Shown: positions 24,178-38,370 of the stretch, piece by piece
Layout of the letters: each line of letters begins with the position of its first letter
Position numbering within the stretch: the first letter of the stretch is position 1
The notes under the pieces: model-generated
Databases searched by the model: none
What the model saw: the letters and a program-made list of their open reading frames with translations, nothing else
Told to the model about the DNA's origin: nothing
NCBI RefSeq assembly: GCF_018350175.1
Contig: NC_058368.1
Span: forward strand, 199,642,001-199,706,000
Reading direction: 5' to 3'
DNA: 64,000 bases
Origin: Felis catus
Lineage: Eukaryota
Position numbers and translations under genes: made by a program

Positions 24178-27165
24178 TGAACCTGAACTTTTTAAAGTCT
24201 GTTTATGTATGTTAAAATGAATGTTTATTTCAACTCAGCTTCTTTTTAGTGAATATCATTTTTCTATTTCTGTTAAAATCACTAACAATCATTTAACTAA
24301 TTATTTAGTGAAGCAGATTATCTTAAAACTAATGCCGTGGATTGATCAGTTTTAGGTGACACTTATTTAGTTGAAAAATCCACTTGCTGTAAATGTTTTC
24401 AGCAAAACCTGTATATTCTTCTTGGTTTTCTCCAAAGACCAGTTTTGGGATCTTTTTCTGTTTTGGGTTTGTCCTAATAATTTTTTTCTTACAAATAATT
24501 CCAAGTTTACTTTATTACAGATGGTATTTGTCTATAGCCAAAAATACTTTCCAAAATGCACCCTAGCTCAATAAACTAGTTTAAAAAGCATCTTTAATGA
24601 AAACAAACAGTCAAAACAGATTAACAATAATCAAAACCCCTAAGAGCATTGTAACTGGCTATTTGCACCTCACTAGTCCTAGGTTTTTTTTTTTTAAATT
24701 AATCTAGGATACAAATGTGTAGGAAATAGAAAATCGATTGTGTGACTATATACGCAATTTAATGGGACATGGTGAGTTGAATGGCTGCCACCTGTATTGT
24801 GTTAAAAACAGGATTTTGCACATCTCTCTAAACTGCACCAGATAAAACTGACCATTGAGTTTACTACAGTTTAGATCACCAAATATGAAATAGTTTTGGC
24901 TAAAACCCTGGACAGTTGGTTGAATAAGCAGAAAAATTAATTTTTCTACACTCAGAATTTATCTTTAGATTTTTATATCACCATAAAGCTATGTTTTTAA
25001 AAAGATATCTTGAGTGTCTACTACTTATGAGTCACTGATGTAGATATCAGGGAACAAAATACATATGATATATTATATATTATATTAATGCATGTTACAT
25101 ATATCATATGATATGTATTTTACATGTAATGAACAAAATATTATATGGTTTCTCCAATCATTAATTAAAATATATAAACATCTGAAAGATAGTTTCATTC
25201 CTAATCTTCTTTTGTCAATTTTATGGGCAATGAATTGGCTTTGTGAAAAGATTGTTATCAGAATTTAAGAAAATGAAATAAAAATTCCATTTAAAAAATA
25301 ACGTGTTAAACCAGCAGTGTTAAGTTGTTCTGAACATGTACTGCCACCCAATGGACATGTGCTCCAATGGCACTAGTATGTAGGTTTGGAGACCATATAT
25401 CCTTTTGTGAAAGTAATACCATGTGCAATCATTCATTGTGGTAGGTTTTTTAGTTTAGAATGAACTAGATTGCCCTTGGGGAGGGAGGGATGGAGAACTT
25501 TAGCTAAAAATGTTTTCTTCTCTAAACCCAGAAAAAAAAAAACCTATTCAAAATCTGATCTGAGGTGACTAGTGAAATAGTGAAATTGCCTATAAATATC
25601 TTCAGTGATATCAAGTACCAGTGACTATCTCATAGAAACATTACCAACATGCGAATAGTAACCTTTTCGTGTTGCGTAGAAGTTGTATCATGAATTGAGG
25701 CTGGGAAAAAACAATGGAATAGACCATAGGTCTTCTGTTGTAGGTCTCTAAATTTTCAGCCTGATCCTTTTATTTTGTATTTTGTATTTTGTTTTTGTTT
25801 TTGTTTTGTGGAATCAGCCTGGTTTTATGTGCCAAAGATAGTTTGTAAAGAGTTCTGACTGCTCAAGAGAATGAATGGATTAGAATGTCCCTCAGGGTCC
25901 CTTACACCTTCATGATTACATTTTCAATGTCATTGTTCAAGCCTTTGACAAAAAGTATTTAAAGAGGGAAAAAATATAATTCACCTCAAAGGTTTTTAAA
26001 ATGACTTGCATTAGATGCCTTTTAAAAGTTTTGTATAGGCATTTTCACATTTTTATTGACCCAGAACTTGAGATAACCAGCATATCGTCCCTTGGCAAAT
26101 TTTTAAATAAAAAGGTGTGCTGATGCAGAGGCTTGCTTTGTTTAGGAAATCCATCATTCAGTAATTTCAAGTTCAATGATAATGTTGCTTTGAAGGCTCT
26201 TTATGTTCAAAATGCCACTTCCATTTTTCACATAGGCCAAAGTAGCAGAGAGGTTGGGGTATTGGATGGGACCTTGGCACATAGGAACCAGAACTTCTTT
26301 TTTTAACTTTAGCTATTAAAAAGATCTTAGCTTAATAGTATCATTTTGGGCTTGCTGCAACATTCTCCAAAGCAGCAATTGCATTACTGAACTTATTGTT
26401 TGATTACTTTAGCACCCTAGCATAAAGGGAGCAATTATATAATAATGCATATTATGTGACTATTTAAGTTATAATATGCAATGTGACAATAGAGATGAAA
26501 TTATTTTAATGAAAAATGTTATGTTAAATTTCTTGTATAGATTTCCTGAACAAGTGATTGAAGCTGGGCTTTGTGTAGGCTTTATAGAATTTTTCTGTTT
26601 ATTGAAGTGTCAGAAATGACAAACAGCACTGAGTCATTCAATAAACATCTGTTGCATACTTATTATGTTCTCTGTGTAGATATCTTGTGGATATCTGTAC
26701 ATATGTATATAAAAGTAAGTAACAAGACAGAACCTCTGCCCTGATAGGGAGGAACACTATTATGGTTTGGTAAGCAAGTGTTGATTTATAGCCTAAGACA
26801 GAAGTTAGTCCAAAATATTAATCCCATGTACTGGATGCAGAAGTGATGAGACATTACATTAATTGATCATCAAGTGAATTGTTACATTGTTGCTATAATT
26901 GAAAATGTCTCTGTTCCATTAAAAAATAACTATTACATTTTTACAAAAGTTATTCCAAGGATAACATCTTTTAGCCAGAACAAAGTTTCTGTGACCAAAT
27001 CAGATGACTTTAAGAATGATAAGGTACTCTACTCAAAAAGTTATAAATGTTGTAAGTATGTAAGATACATAGTAACACTCTAATGACAAATTAAACACAT
27101 GGGAATACAATTACTTTGCTGGATCCTCATTAATAAATTTGTCTCAAAGGAAGTTGCTAAACCCT

Positions 27166-27269
27166 ACAGGGGAATCTAGATACCTACTCAAGATAAAGGG
27201 CCACAGGGAAATCTAGATGCCTACTCAAGATAAAGGGCCACAGGGAAATCTAGATGCCTACTCAAGATA
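27166..27269. repeat. 37-bp tandem repeat, ~2.8 copies
   Basis: Unit ACAGGGAAATCTAGATGCCTACTCAAGATAAAGGGCC starts at 27166, 27203 and 27240. Confidence 0.95.
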
Positions 27270-28594
27270 CTCTTCTGTCTCACTTGCAATTTACTGGGAT
27301 TGAGAATCACTGGAGAAGTACATGTAAATCTTGACCCTGCTTTTGAGTTGCTCAAGTCACAAAAGGATCTGTCCTACCCCTCTATTTATCTTACTTAGTC
27401 AAATTCTCCCAAGTGCAGAAATCACTTCCATTTTAATTCTTACAAGCTCCTCAGAGTACTAGTTAAAAAATTCCCTTTTACATTAATAGCTCTCAAATGA
27501 CCTTGGAGTTGAAAACTTTCTGAAATTGCCCAACTGACTCCCAGAGAGTAATTTATGAAAAGGAAGTTACTGGTTTTGATCTGTGTGGGGCCCACTGTGT
27601 AGGTCAGAAAGTGAGTGGACTAATAAATATCTTTAGACTGTTCATGTTTTGGATCTTTGTGGACTATTCATATTTACAGGATTAGAGTTAATTCAATTTG
27701 CCTAATTTTTTTCTATTATCTCTAACTTTGACTCCATAATTAATAACATCAAGTACACATCCACTGTTTGTAGAACCCTCTGTCTTCCTTCTAGTTTTCT
27801 AATCCCTTTTAAGGGAGATATTTTGTTTTTTGTTTTTTGGGTTTTTTTTTGACAAAATTTGTATCTGTTCTTCTCCCTTCCAAAGGACTGAGAAAATGAA
27901 GTGTTTTATGGGGGAGAAATATTTAATGTGAAAAGATATCTGTTCTGTGACCTCATCTGGATTTTCTAATTTGGACAGTATATAATAAAATTGATTATTT
28001 TGGAGGATAAAAAAGACTGTTTGGATTCTTTTAATAAATCAGTCCTTTATAAATGGGCAAAAGAACACAACTAGTTAATGAAGGAGTAGCAGTGTTTCAA
28101 AAACATGTCATACTTCATGTTTATTCTTAGTAACAAAAATGAAAACATTTTGAGTATCTTTCTCCAGAGCCACACTTATCTTCCACTCCCCACAGATGTA
28201 CTCATAGAAATCACTTTTTCCTTTCTTTTGATTCTGGGACTTTATCTGTATCTTTAAGACCATGTAATGTTTCTTGTTTGTCTGTTCCTTCCCATGGTCA
28301 TTACCCAATGACACCAGGTCCAGCCAACTTCCATCCACAAGGATCTGAGTTTGCCCATAGCTTATGTCTTCCAACTGTCCCTGATTTCTGTTCTCAGTTC
28401 TGTTCTCTGTGTCCTCAGCTGCAGCTTGTCCCTGGAACTTTTCCCAGTTTTAGGAAATAGCCAAGAGAAGCTGACCTACAAGATGAGAGGAATAGAAAAG
28501 AGATTTCCTCAGCTGTCTCCAATTCCCTGGACCTGTGGGGCTGTTGTGGTAGGCAATAGGAGCATGTCAACTTCTAGCAATGTCCTTCCACTCT

Positions 28595-29380
28595 CATTAT
28601 GGGCATTAGTCCCTTGAATCTTCACAACAACTCCATAAAATAGATAATTCTTTTATAGATAAGGAACATGAAATTTCAGGAGGTTAAACCTCATACTCAC
28701 AATGGTGCAGCTAGTAAGAGAGCCAGGATTTGAGCCCAGTTGCACCTGACTCCAGGAATCATGCTCTTAATCACTACAGGTCACTGCATTCTAGATGCTC
28801 AAATGTATAATCAGCACCTATAACATTCAGCTTTACCAAGTGAAATACAACACAAATGACCTAATCAATTATATTTTATTTAATATATTTGGAGTTTAGA
28901 GCCTCTTAAATTTAACATATGAATATATAGTAGCTCATATTTTTGTATAGTTTTTGTGTGCCAAGCAAGGTACTTTACATATAGTTTATCATTTAAGTCT
29001 CATAACCACCATGTAGAAAAGCAGGTACTATTATTCTTCCCACTGAAAAAAGTTGAAAACAGAGGCACAGTATACTTAAATAATTTTCCCCATATCAGAG
29101 AGCTGGGAAGAACTGAGAGTTGAACTAGGTATTTCTTTTCCACTGTACATTACCACTTCTGATAGAATTTTATGACTTTTATTATAAATGCTTCCTATGA
29201 GTAGATATTGTACAAAATGTTGTTTATGTATTATGCATTGAGTTTCACAGAAACCTGGAGAGGTGGTACTATTATCTACGTATTACAGCTGAACAAAACA
29301 AGGATAAGAGACTTTTGGTTATGTGATGGTAACTGGTAGAACTAGGATTTGAACCTAAATCTGATTGATTCAGAATTGAT
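28595..29380 (-). mobile_element. Cluster of three MIR remnants (~28595-28790, 28930-29160, 29200-29380)
   Basis: MIR motifs such as ATCTTCACAACAACTCC...GAGCCAGGATTTGAGCCCAG, GGTACTATTATT...GAAAACAGAGGCACAG and AGAACTAGGATTTGAACC. Confidence 0.7.
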
Positions 29381-30724
29381 GCGTATGAGAAATAATCTGA
29401 AAAATAAGAGGGCAGTCTAAAATGGTGGCATAGGCAGACCCTGAACTCACATCACATGGACACACCAAATCTGTACCTATATATAAAGCAATTCCTCCTA
29501 AAGAAGACCTGAGGGTTGATTAAACAGCTTTTGCACAATAAACAATAGAAAGACCATGTAGAGAAGGGTAGAAGAGATGGAGACGTGGTAACAATGGGAA
29601 CCCCACCCTTGACATGGCACTTTGCAGTAGGGAGGGATATCACAGAGGGGCCCATGAAAAGAATTACTCACCTTGTAGCACAGTGGAAAAACAGTAGTTT
29701 GAAAAACAACTATAAGTGAAGGAAATCCATTTGCTAAACCTAGTGCATTAGCCAAATGGGTGGGGAACTTCTAGAACTCTCTCTGTAGTCAAAGGTGCTG
29801 GTGAAGGCCACTTTTTATGTCTGCCTTCCACCTTGATAGTGCCAGCAGGAACAGCATCCACATGCTCTAAGTGGCCTGGTAGGCCACCCCAGCATGCGTT
29901 GTCCATTGACCCACACCAGTTCCATCCATTTTGCCAAGGTGGCCCCAGCACAGTGCACCCTCGGAACCACCGGCCCATGCCCACTCTAACTTCAGCCATC
30001 CTGCCAGGGTGGCCCCTGTGTGGAATGCCCATAGGTCTCCTGAGATATACTTGCTTCAGCTCCTGCTATCCTGTCAAGGAAGCCTTGGCATGGCATGATG
30101 CAGGAATCCCTGGCCCACACCATCTCCAGACAGCCTGCCAAAGCTACCACACACACACAGTCTACACAGGTGACACCCTACACAAGGCCACTCCTTTAAG
30201 ATAGGAGAGGTAGCTGTTTCACCTAATTCGTGGAAACAAACATAGAAAGTCCATTAAAATGAGGAAACAGGGAAATGTTTTAGATGAAAGAACAAGATAA
30301 AAACCCCAGAAAAATACCCTGATGAAATGGAGATAAGTAATTTACTTGATAAAAAGTTCAAAGTACTGGTCATAAAGATGATCACTGATCTCAGGAGAAG
30401 AGTGGAGGGACATAGTGAGAACTTCAATAAAAAGTCAGAAAATATAACAAAGAACCAATCAGAGCCAAAGAATATAATAACTGAAATGAAAAATATACTA
30501 AAGGGAGTCAAGAGCAGATTAGATCATACAGAAGAATGGATCAACAATCTGGAAGATAGAATATGGAAATTACCCAAACAGAATAACAAAAAGAAAAAAG
30601 AATTTAAAAAAAAAAGATAGTTTAGGGGACCTTAAGGAAAACATCAAACATACTAATATTCACATAATAGAGGTCCCAAAAGGAGAAATCAGAGAGAAAG
30701 GAGCAGGAAACTTATTTGAAGAAA

Positions 30725-30879
30725 GGTGCCTGGGTGGCTCAGTTGATTAGGTATCTGGCTTTGCCTCACATCATAATCTCACAGTCTGAGTTGATCCCCA
30801 CACCAGGCTCTCTGCTGTCAGCCCAAAGCCCCCTTTGGATCCTCTGTTCCCCTCTCTCTCTCTGCCCTTATCCACCTTG

Positions 30880-30911
<32 letters not shown>

Positions 30912-30929
30912 AATAAATAAACATTAAAA
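30725..30929 (+). mobile_element. CAN SINE in L1 ORF1
   Basis: Perfect 17-bp TSD AAACTTATTTGAAGAAA. Confidence 0.93.
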
Positions 30930-31660
30930 AAACTTATTTGAAGAAATAAGTGCTGAAAACTTTTCTAGTCTGGAGGGGAAACAGCTTCCAGGTCCAGGAA
31001 TCACAGAGTCCCAAAGAAGATGAACCCAAGAGATCCACACCAAAATCTATAATAATTAACATAGCAAAAGTTAAAGACAAGAAGAGAATCTTAAAATTAG
31101 CAAGACAAAAACAAATAGTCACATGCAAGGGAAACACATAAAACTATCACTGATTTTTCAACAGAAACTTTGCAAGTCAGAAGGGAGTGGCAAGATATAA
31201 AATGCTGAAAAGGAAAAACTTACAACCAAAAATACTCTACCTGGCAAGATTATCATTCAGAATTGAAGGAGAGATAAAGAATTTCCCAGAAGCATAAACT
31301 AAGCAAAAATTCCAGAGGAGTTCATCACCATCATAGCAGTCTTACAGGAAATGTTCAAGGGTCTTCTTTAAGCACAAAAGAAAAGGCCATAACTGGAAAT
31401 AAGAAAATATATGAAAAAAAAACTTACTGGTAAAGGCAACTATATAGTAAAGGCAGTGGATTGACCATTTAAAAAGCTAGTATGAAGGTTAAAAATAGTA
31501 AAATCAACTATAACTACAATAAGTAGTTAAGGGATACACAAAATAAACAAAAAGATGTAAAATATGACATCAAAAACATAAAATGTGGAGTAGTAGAGTG
31601 AAAATGTCATACTTTTGTCAAACTTAAGTGGCTATCAGCTTAAAATAGATTGATATATTC

Positions 31661-31712
31661 AGATGGATAGATAGATAGATGATTGATAGGTAGATAGATA
31701 GATAGATAGATA
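31661..31712. repeat. (GATA)n microsatellite in the L1 inter-ORF region
   Basis: Imperfect GATA run read directly from the sequence. Confidence 0.9.
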
Positions 31713-32298
31713 CCTCATGGTAACCACAAACCAAAAACCTACAATAAATACACACACACAAAAATAAGGAGAATGGAACTCAAATGTAAAACTAAAGAAA
31801 ACCATCAAATCACAAGGGAAGAGAGGAAGAGAAGAAGAAAAGAACAAAGAACTACAAAACCGCCAAAAAACAATTAACAAAATGACAATGTGTACATACC
31901 TATCAATAATTACTTTTAATGTAAATGGACTAAATGCTCCAATGAAAAGATAAAGGGTGGCTGAATGGGTTAAAAAAAAACAAGACCCATCTACATGCTG
32001 CCTACAGGAGACTCACTTCAGATCTAAAGACATACAGACTGAGAGTGAAGGAACAGAAAAAGGTATTCCATGCAAATGGAAATAAAACAGAAGCTGGAGT
32101 AGCAATACTCCTATCAAACAAAATAGACTTTAAAACAAATACTATAACCAAAGACAATAAAGGGTATTACATAATGATGAAGGGGTGAATCCAAGAAAAG
32201 TATATAACATTCATATATATTTATGCACCCAATATGAGCACCTAAATGTATAAAGCAAATATTAACTGACATAAAGGGAAAAATTGCCAGTAATTAAA

Positions 32299-32510
32299 AA
32301 AATTTTTAAGTTTTTATTTTATTTTTGAGAGAGAGAGACAGAGTGCAAGCAGGGAAGGGGCAGAGAAAGAGGGAGACACAGAATCTGAAGCAGGCTCCAG
32401 GCTCTGAGCTGTCAGCATAGAGCCTGATGTGGGGCTCGAACTCACTGACTGTGAGATCATGACCTGAGCCAAAGTCAGATGCTCAACTGACTGAGCCACC
32501 CAGGTGCCCC
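32299..32510 (-). mobile_element. CAN SINE in L1 ORF2
   Basis: Complete body; TSD TGCCAGTAATTAAA / TACCAGTAATTAAA. Confidence 0.94.
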
Positions 32511-34625
32511 TACCAGTAATTAAATAATAGGAGGGGACTTTAATACATCACTTATATCAGTAGATAGATCATCCAGTCAGAAGAATCAATAAGGAAGCAT
32601 TGGTCTCAAATGACTCATTAGGCCATATGGACTTAATAGGTATATACAGAACATTTTAACCAAAAATTGCAGAATGCACATTCTTTTGAAGTGCACATGG
32701 AGCATTCTTCAGGATAGGTTATGTGTTATGCCATGAAACCAACCTCAAATTCAAGAAGTTTGAAAACATATTAAGCATCTTTTTGACTACAGCAGTATGA
32801 AAGTAGAAATCAATTACTAGAAGAAAACTAAAAAAACAAAAAACACATGGAGACTAAACAACATGCTTACTGAACAACCAATGGTTCAGGGAAGAAATTA
32901 AAGATGAAATAAAAAAATAACTTTGGACAAATAAAAATGAAAACACAACAGTCCCAAATCTTTGGGACCCACCAAAAGCAATTCTAAGGGGAAAGTTCAT
33001 AGCAATACAAACATACCTCAAGAAGAAAAAACTCCAAGTAATTTAAACACAATCTAACTTTACATCTAAAAGAATTAGAGAAAGAAGAATAAACAAAGCC
33101 AAAGGTGAGTAGAAGGAAGACATTAGTAAAGACCAGAGTGGAAATACAGGGGGAAAAACAATAGAAATGATTAATGAAACTAAAAACTAGTTCTTTGAGA
33201 AGATAAACAAAATCAATAAATCTTTAGCCAGACTCATGGAGAAAAAAGAGAAAGCCCCCAAAATAAAATCAGAAATGAGAGAGAAGTTACAACTAACACC
33301 ACAGAAATATAGACGATCAGAAGAAACTACTACTAATAATTATGTGTCAACAAATTGGAAAACCTAGAAGAAATGGATAAATTCCTAGAAACATACAACC
33401 CACCAAGACTGAATCATGAAGAAATAGAAAATCTGATAGACCAATTACAAGAATGAAATTGAATCAGTAATTTAAAAACTCCTCAAAATAAGTGTGAGAC
33501 CAGACAGCTTCATAGGTGACTTCTACCCAAATTCAAAGAATTAGTACCTATACTTCTCAAATATTCCAAAAATTGAAGAGGAAGGAATGCTTCCACACTC
33601 ATTTTATGAGATCGGCGTTACCCTGATACCAAAACCAGATAGGCACCACAAAAAAGAAAAGTATAGGCCAATAGCCCTAATGAACATAGATGAAAAAATC
33701 CTTAACAAAATATCAGCAAACTAAATTCAACAATATGTTAAAAAGATCGTACACCATAATCAAGTGGGATTTATTCTAGGAATCAATTATGGTTCAATAT
33801 CTGCCCATCAATCAATGTGATATATCACATAACAAAATGAAAGATAAAAGTTATATGATAATCTCAATAGATACAGAGAGAGCATTTGAGAAAATTCAAC
33901 ATCTATTTATGATAAAAACTCTCAACAAAGTGCATATAGAAGGAACGTACCTCAACACAATAAAGGCCATATGTGACAAACCTATAGGTAACATTATACT
34001 CAATGGTGGAAACCTAAAAGCTTTTCCTCTAAGATCAGGAACAACACAAGGTTGCCCACTCTCTCCACTTTTATTCAACATAATTTTGGAAGTCCTTGAC
34101 ACAGCAATTAGGCAAGAAAAAGAAATAAAAGGGATCTAAATGGGAAAGGAAGAAGTAAAATTGTCACTATTTGAAGATGACATGATACAGAAAACCCTGA
34201 AGATTCTACTAAAAAAACTGTTAAAACTAAAACATGAATTCAGTACAGTCTCAGGATACAAAATTAACATGCATAAATTTGTTGCATTTTACATAATAAT
34301 AACAAGCTATTAGAAAAAGAAATTAAGAAATCAATCCCATTTATAATTGCATCAAAAAGAGTAAAACATCTAAGAATAAATTAAACCAAGAAGGTGAAAT
34401 ACCTGTATTCTGAAAACTACTAAGATGTTGATGAAAGAAATTGAAGACAACATAAATAAATGGAAACATATTTGTGCTCATGGATTGGAATAATTAATAC
34501 TGTCACAATGTCCATGCTCCCTAATGTAATCTCCATTAAAATACCAAAAGCATTTTTCACAGAGGTAGAACAAAGAATCCTAAAATTTGTGTGGAATTAC
34601 AAATACCCTGATTTGCCAAAGGAAT

Positions 34626-34857
34626 TTTTTTAAGTTTATTTATTTATTTTGAGAGAGAAAGAGTATTTATTTATTTTGAGAGTGCGTGTAAGCAGGGGAA
34701 GGGGGGAGAAAGAGGGGGAGACAGAGAGAATCCCAAGCAGGCTCCACACTGTCAGTGCACAGCCCAATGCAGGGCTTGAACCCATGAACTGTGAGATTCT
34801 GCCCTGAGCCAAAACCAAGAGTCAGATAGTTAACTGACTGAGCCCCACAGGTTCCCC
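34626..34857 (-). mobile_element. CAN SINE in L1 ORF2
   Basis: SINE body with a duplicated TTTATTTATTTTGAGAG tail segment; TSD core CAAAGGAAT. Confidence 0.92.
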
Positions 34858-36949
34858 ATCAAAGGAATCTTGACAAAAAACAAAGCTGGAGTTATCACTC
34901 TCCCTGATTTCAAACTATACTACAAAGATGTAGTAATCAGAAAACAGTATAGTACTGGCATGAAAATAAACATGTACATCAATGAAATAGAATATAGCCC
35001 AGAAATAAACCCACACATATATGGTCAATTAGTCTATGACAAAGGAGGCAAGAATATATAATGGGGAAGAAGTCTCTTCTATAAATGGTGATGGGAAAAC
35101 TGGACTTTTGCATGACTACTTGCAAAAGAATTAAACTGGACTACTGTTTTACACCATATACAAAAATGAATTGAAAATGGATTAAAGACTTGAATGTAAT
35201 ACCTAAAAGCATAAAACTTCCAGAAGAAAACATAGGCTGTAAACTCTTTAACATCAGTCTTAGCAATGTATGCATATTTTCGTCCAATTTCCTCAGGCAA
35301 GGGCAAGAAAAGCTAAAATAAACAAATGGGATTATATCAGACTAAAAAGTTTTTGCACAGCAAAGGAAACTATCAAGAAAATGAAAGGCAACTTAACGAA
35401 TGGGAGAAGATATTTGCAAATCCTACATCCAATAAGGGATTAATATCCAAAATATAAAAGGGACTTATACAACTTGACATAAAACCCTCAACAACTCAAT
35501 TTGAAAAGATGGGCAGAGGTCTTGAATAGAAATTTTTCCAAAGAAGACATACGGATGCCTAACAGACGCATGAAAAGATGCTCAACTTCACTAATCATCA
35601 CAGAAATGCAAATCAAAACCACAAAGAGATGTTACCTCACTCCTGTCAGATTGGCTTGAAAAGCCTTGAAAAGATGGTGCCTCCTTTGCAAAACATGAAG
35701 AAACATTAGAGACACATAGATAATTGTCTCCCAACACATATAACCAGTCTTGTAACAAACTAAATTTGTTGTTTACAAGGGGAAAAGAAAGACAAAAAAG
35801 AAGTATTGGTAAGGATGTGGAGAAAAGAGAATCCTTGTACTGTGTTGGTGCAATGTAAATTGGTGTAGCTGGTATGGAAAACAGTGTGGAGGTTCCTCAA
35901 AAAAATAAAAATAAAACTACCATATGATCCAGCAATCCCACTTATGAGTATGTATCTGGAGAAAATAACACCAATTTGAGGAGATACTTGTACTCCTCTC
36001 TCTATTCACTATAGCATTATTTACAATAGCCAAGATATGGAAGCTATCTGAGTGTGCACCAATACATGAATGAATAACAAATATATGGTATATAACACGA
36101 TGGAATATTTCTCAGCCATAAAACAGCATGAAATATTGCCATTTGCAACAACATGGATAGAACTAGAGGGTTTTATACTAAGTGAAACAAGTCAGACAAA
36201 GACAAATACCTCATGATTTTATTTGTATGTAGAATCTAACAAACAGAACGAACAAACAACTAAGCAGAAAGAGGCTCATAGATAGAAAAACAAACAGAGA
36301 GGGGAGAGGTTGGGGGTGGGTGAATCAGGTGAAGGGGATTAAGAGGAACAAACTTCCAATTTTAAAATACATAAGTTATGAGGATGTAATGTACAGCACA
36401 GGGAAAATAGTTGATAGTATTGTGATAAATTTGTATGGTGACAGATAGTAGACTTATTGTGGAGATCGTTTTATAATGTGTAAAAATATTGAATCACTGT
36501 GATACACACCTGAAATTAATAGATATTGCATGCCAATTATACTTCAATAAAACATAGTAATCAATCAATTCCCCCAAATAACTTTAAAAATTGCTGAAGA
36601 GGAGATTTCAGAAAAACCTCCTTCATTCCTCTGGCAAGTCCATTCATCTTGAGTTTCACCTGAGGTCTTGCTTTTGCTCATGAGCAGTACTATTTGGAAG
36701 ATGTAGTGTTTGAATCATAAAAAAATATTTATTGGACTGATTTCTGCCTATTGGTCATAGTTATACAGTCATGACATTAGCATTTTATTTTTACCTTACA
36801 TTTGAGGGATTATATTATTCATTTTAATGCTTTGAGTCTTAATTGCTCACAGGTTGACTGTCACAGGCAAACCATTAAAATGCATGTCACCTTCCACCCA
36901 CTTTATCTTCCTGGAGTCCAAAAACCTTTCTAGTGTGAGTGGTGTCTAG

Positions 36950-37790
36950 TCACCTGAGGCTATTTAATAGACCTGTTAATGCAATTCTCCTGGCTTTTCT
37001 GGAAGTGCTACCAGCTCATTCCATGGTGCTATTAAAGTGGCCTTACATGGTTATTGACCTGATGTGCCCCTCTGTGGTCTTGTTACAACCCTCTCCACTA
37101 CACACTCTGGCTTTATAATATTTGCAAATATGTAAAGTTTCAATCTCCACTCTTGGAAGTGGCAGATCGTATTTGGGAATGAAAAGTACTGTGATTTTTT
37201 GTTACTTGCTCTTTTTTTTTCTCCCTTCAGGCCAAATTTTGGACACTTTTCCTGTTTCATATTATAACTCCCAATTGTATCTACATTCTTATTTCCAAGT
37301 TGAGTTTCATTTCACAATTTTTTTGCCATATTTCTAGCTCCTCTTTTTCATGGTGCATGATATCGTCTATCGTTACAATTTTAAACAGCTGCCAACTTAA
37401 CACATTTATCAAACTAGCAGGGGATAGGGTTTACACCCCGCCCTTTACCAGACCATGAATAAAGATATTAAAATAACCTGGTTCCACTCCAATACCATAG
37501 AGACCTTACTGGACACCTTCCCCTGTCCAGGGATGGCTATTTATCACTGCTTTTGGATGTGGTACTCTGGCTTATTTTCAGCTCATCTGACAGGGCTTCC
37601 ATACGAATAAATCTACTTCAAGAGAGATTTTTGTGTTACAGTATATTAGCTGTGATATTAAAGATCAGTTCTATTAGGTTTACTGCATTCTTTCCTTCAC
37701 AATGATCTTGGTAGTTCATTCAAGGGGGATTAAGTGTGCCTGGCATTATGCACACTGCATTTTGTTTAGAGTTCCATTACTCCAGATGTT
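36950..37790 (-). mobile_element. Highly decayed CR1/L3-type LINE, reverse-transcriptase region
   Basis: The order of degenerate blocks resembles CR1 ORF2 in reverse: ACAGCTGCCAACTTAAC (near KFADD), AATAAAGATATTAAAATAACCTGG (near LFNIFI), TTTACTGCATTCTTTCC, AAGTGTGCCTGGCAT. Recalled from memory; boundaries approximate. Confidence 0.5.
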
Positions 37791-38137
37791 CAGAATAAGG
37801 AGCTATGGGTAGTTCTGAGCAGAAAAGTAAAATATTCCCAGGCACCCCGTGATGTGTACATAAATGCCAGAAGTGGTTGGTAACTATAACTCTATACGTA
37901 TATATTCATACATATGAATTTATATATGTATATTCATATATGTTCTCTGAGAGAGCATATGGTAGTGTGTGAAGCAGAACTATGAAAGAGGCAAAGCACT
38001 AAACAGGTTGTCAAGAAATGTCTCTTCTACTTTAGGCTCTGATGCTGTATAGCTATTTGACCCAATTTAAGACAATGATCTTGTAAAGTCTCAGTTTCTA
38101 CATATGTGAAATGTCTAGGTGGGTCAAAATTATTTCT

Positions 38138-38370
38138 TTTTGTTTTTAATTATTTTTAATGTTTATTTACTTTTGAGAGAGAGAGACAGAGACAGAGTGT
38201 TAGCAGAGGAGGGGCAGAGAGAGAGGAAAACACAGAATCCGAAATCCGAAACAGGCTCCAGCTCTGAGCTGTCAGCACAGAGACTGATATGGGGCTCCAA
38301 CCCACAAGCGGTGAGATCATGACCTGAGCTGAAGTCGGACACTTAACCGACTGAGCCACCCAGACGCCCC
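38138..38370 (-). mobile_element. Felid CAN SINE inserted in a MIR remnant
   Basis: TSD GGTCAAAATTATTTCT; MIR-like sequence at ~37960-38120. Confidence 0.94.

Larger units (their letters stand above)
29408..36575 (+). mobile_element. Full-length older L1 (L1MA9 / early L1_Carn-like 3' end), decayed, with nested SINEs
   Basis: 5'UTR starting near AAAATGGTGGC; ORF1 remnants ~30259-31370; long inter-ORF region; ORF2 remnants ~31882-36240 (ORF 33789..34139, [10 protein letters not shown]...[10 protein letters not shown]); 3'UTR ending TATACTTCAATAAAA. Degenerate TSD AAATAATCTGAAAAAT / AAATAACTTTAAAAAT. Confidence 0.9.

Noticed and set aside
27166..27269. 37-bp repeats as a CRISPR array
   Set aside because: Head-to-tail copies with no spacers, no cas genes, and a mammalian context.
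37890..37945. AT-rich quasi-palindrome (also ~25060-25115)
   Set aside because: Degenerate (TA)n simple sequence is self-complementary by composition.
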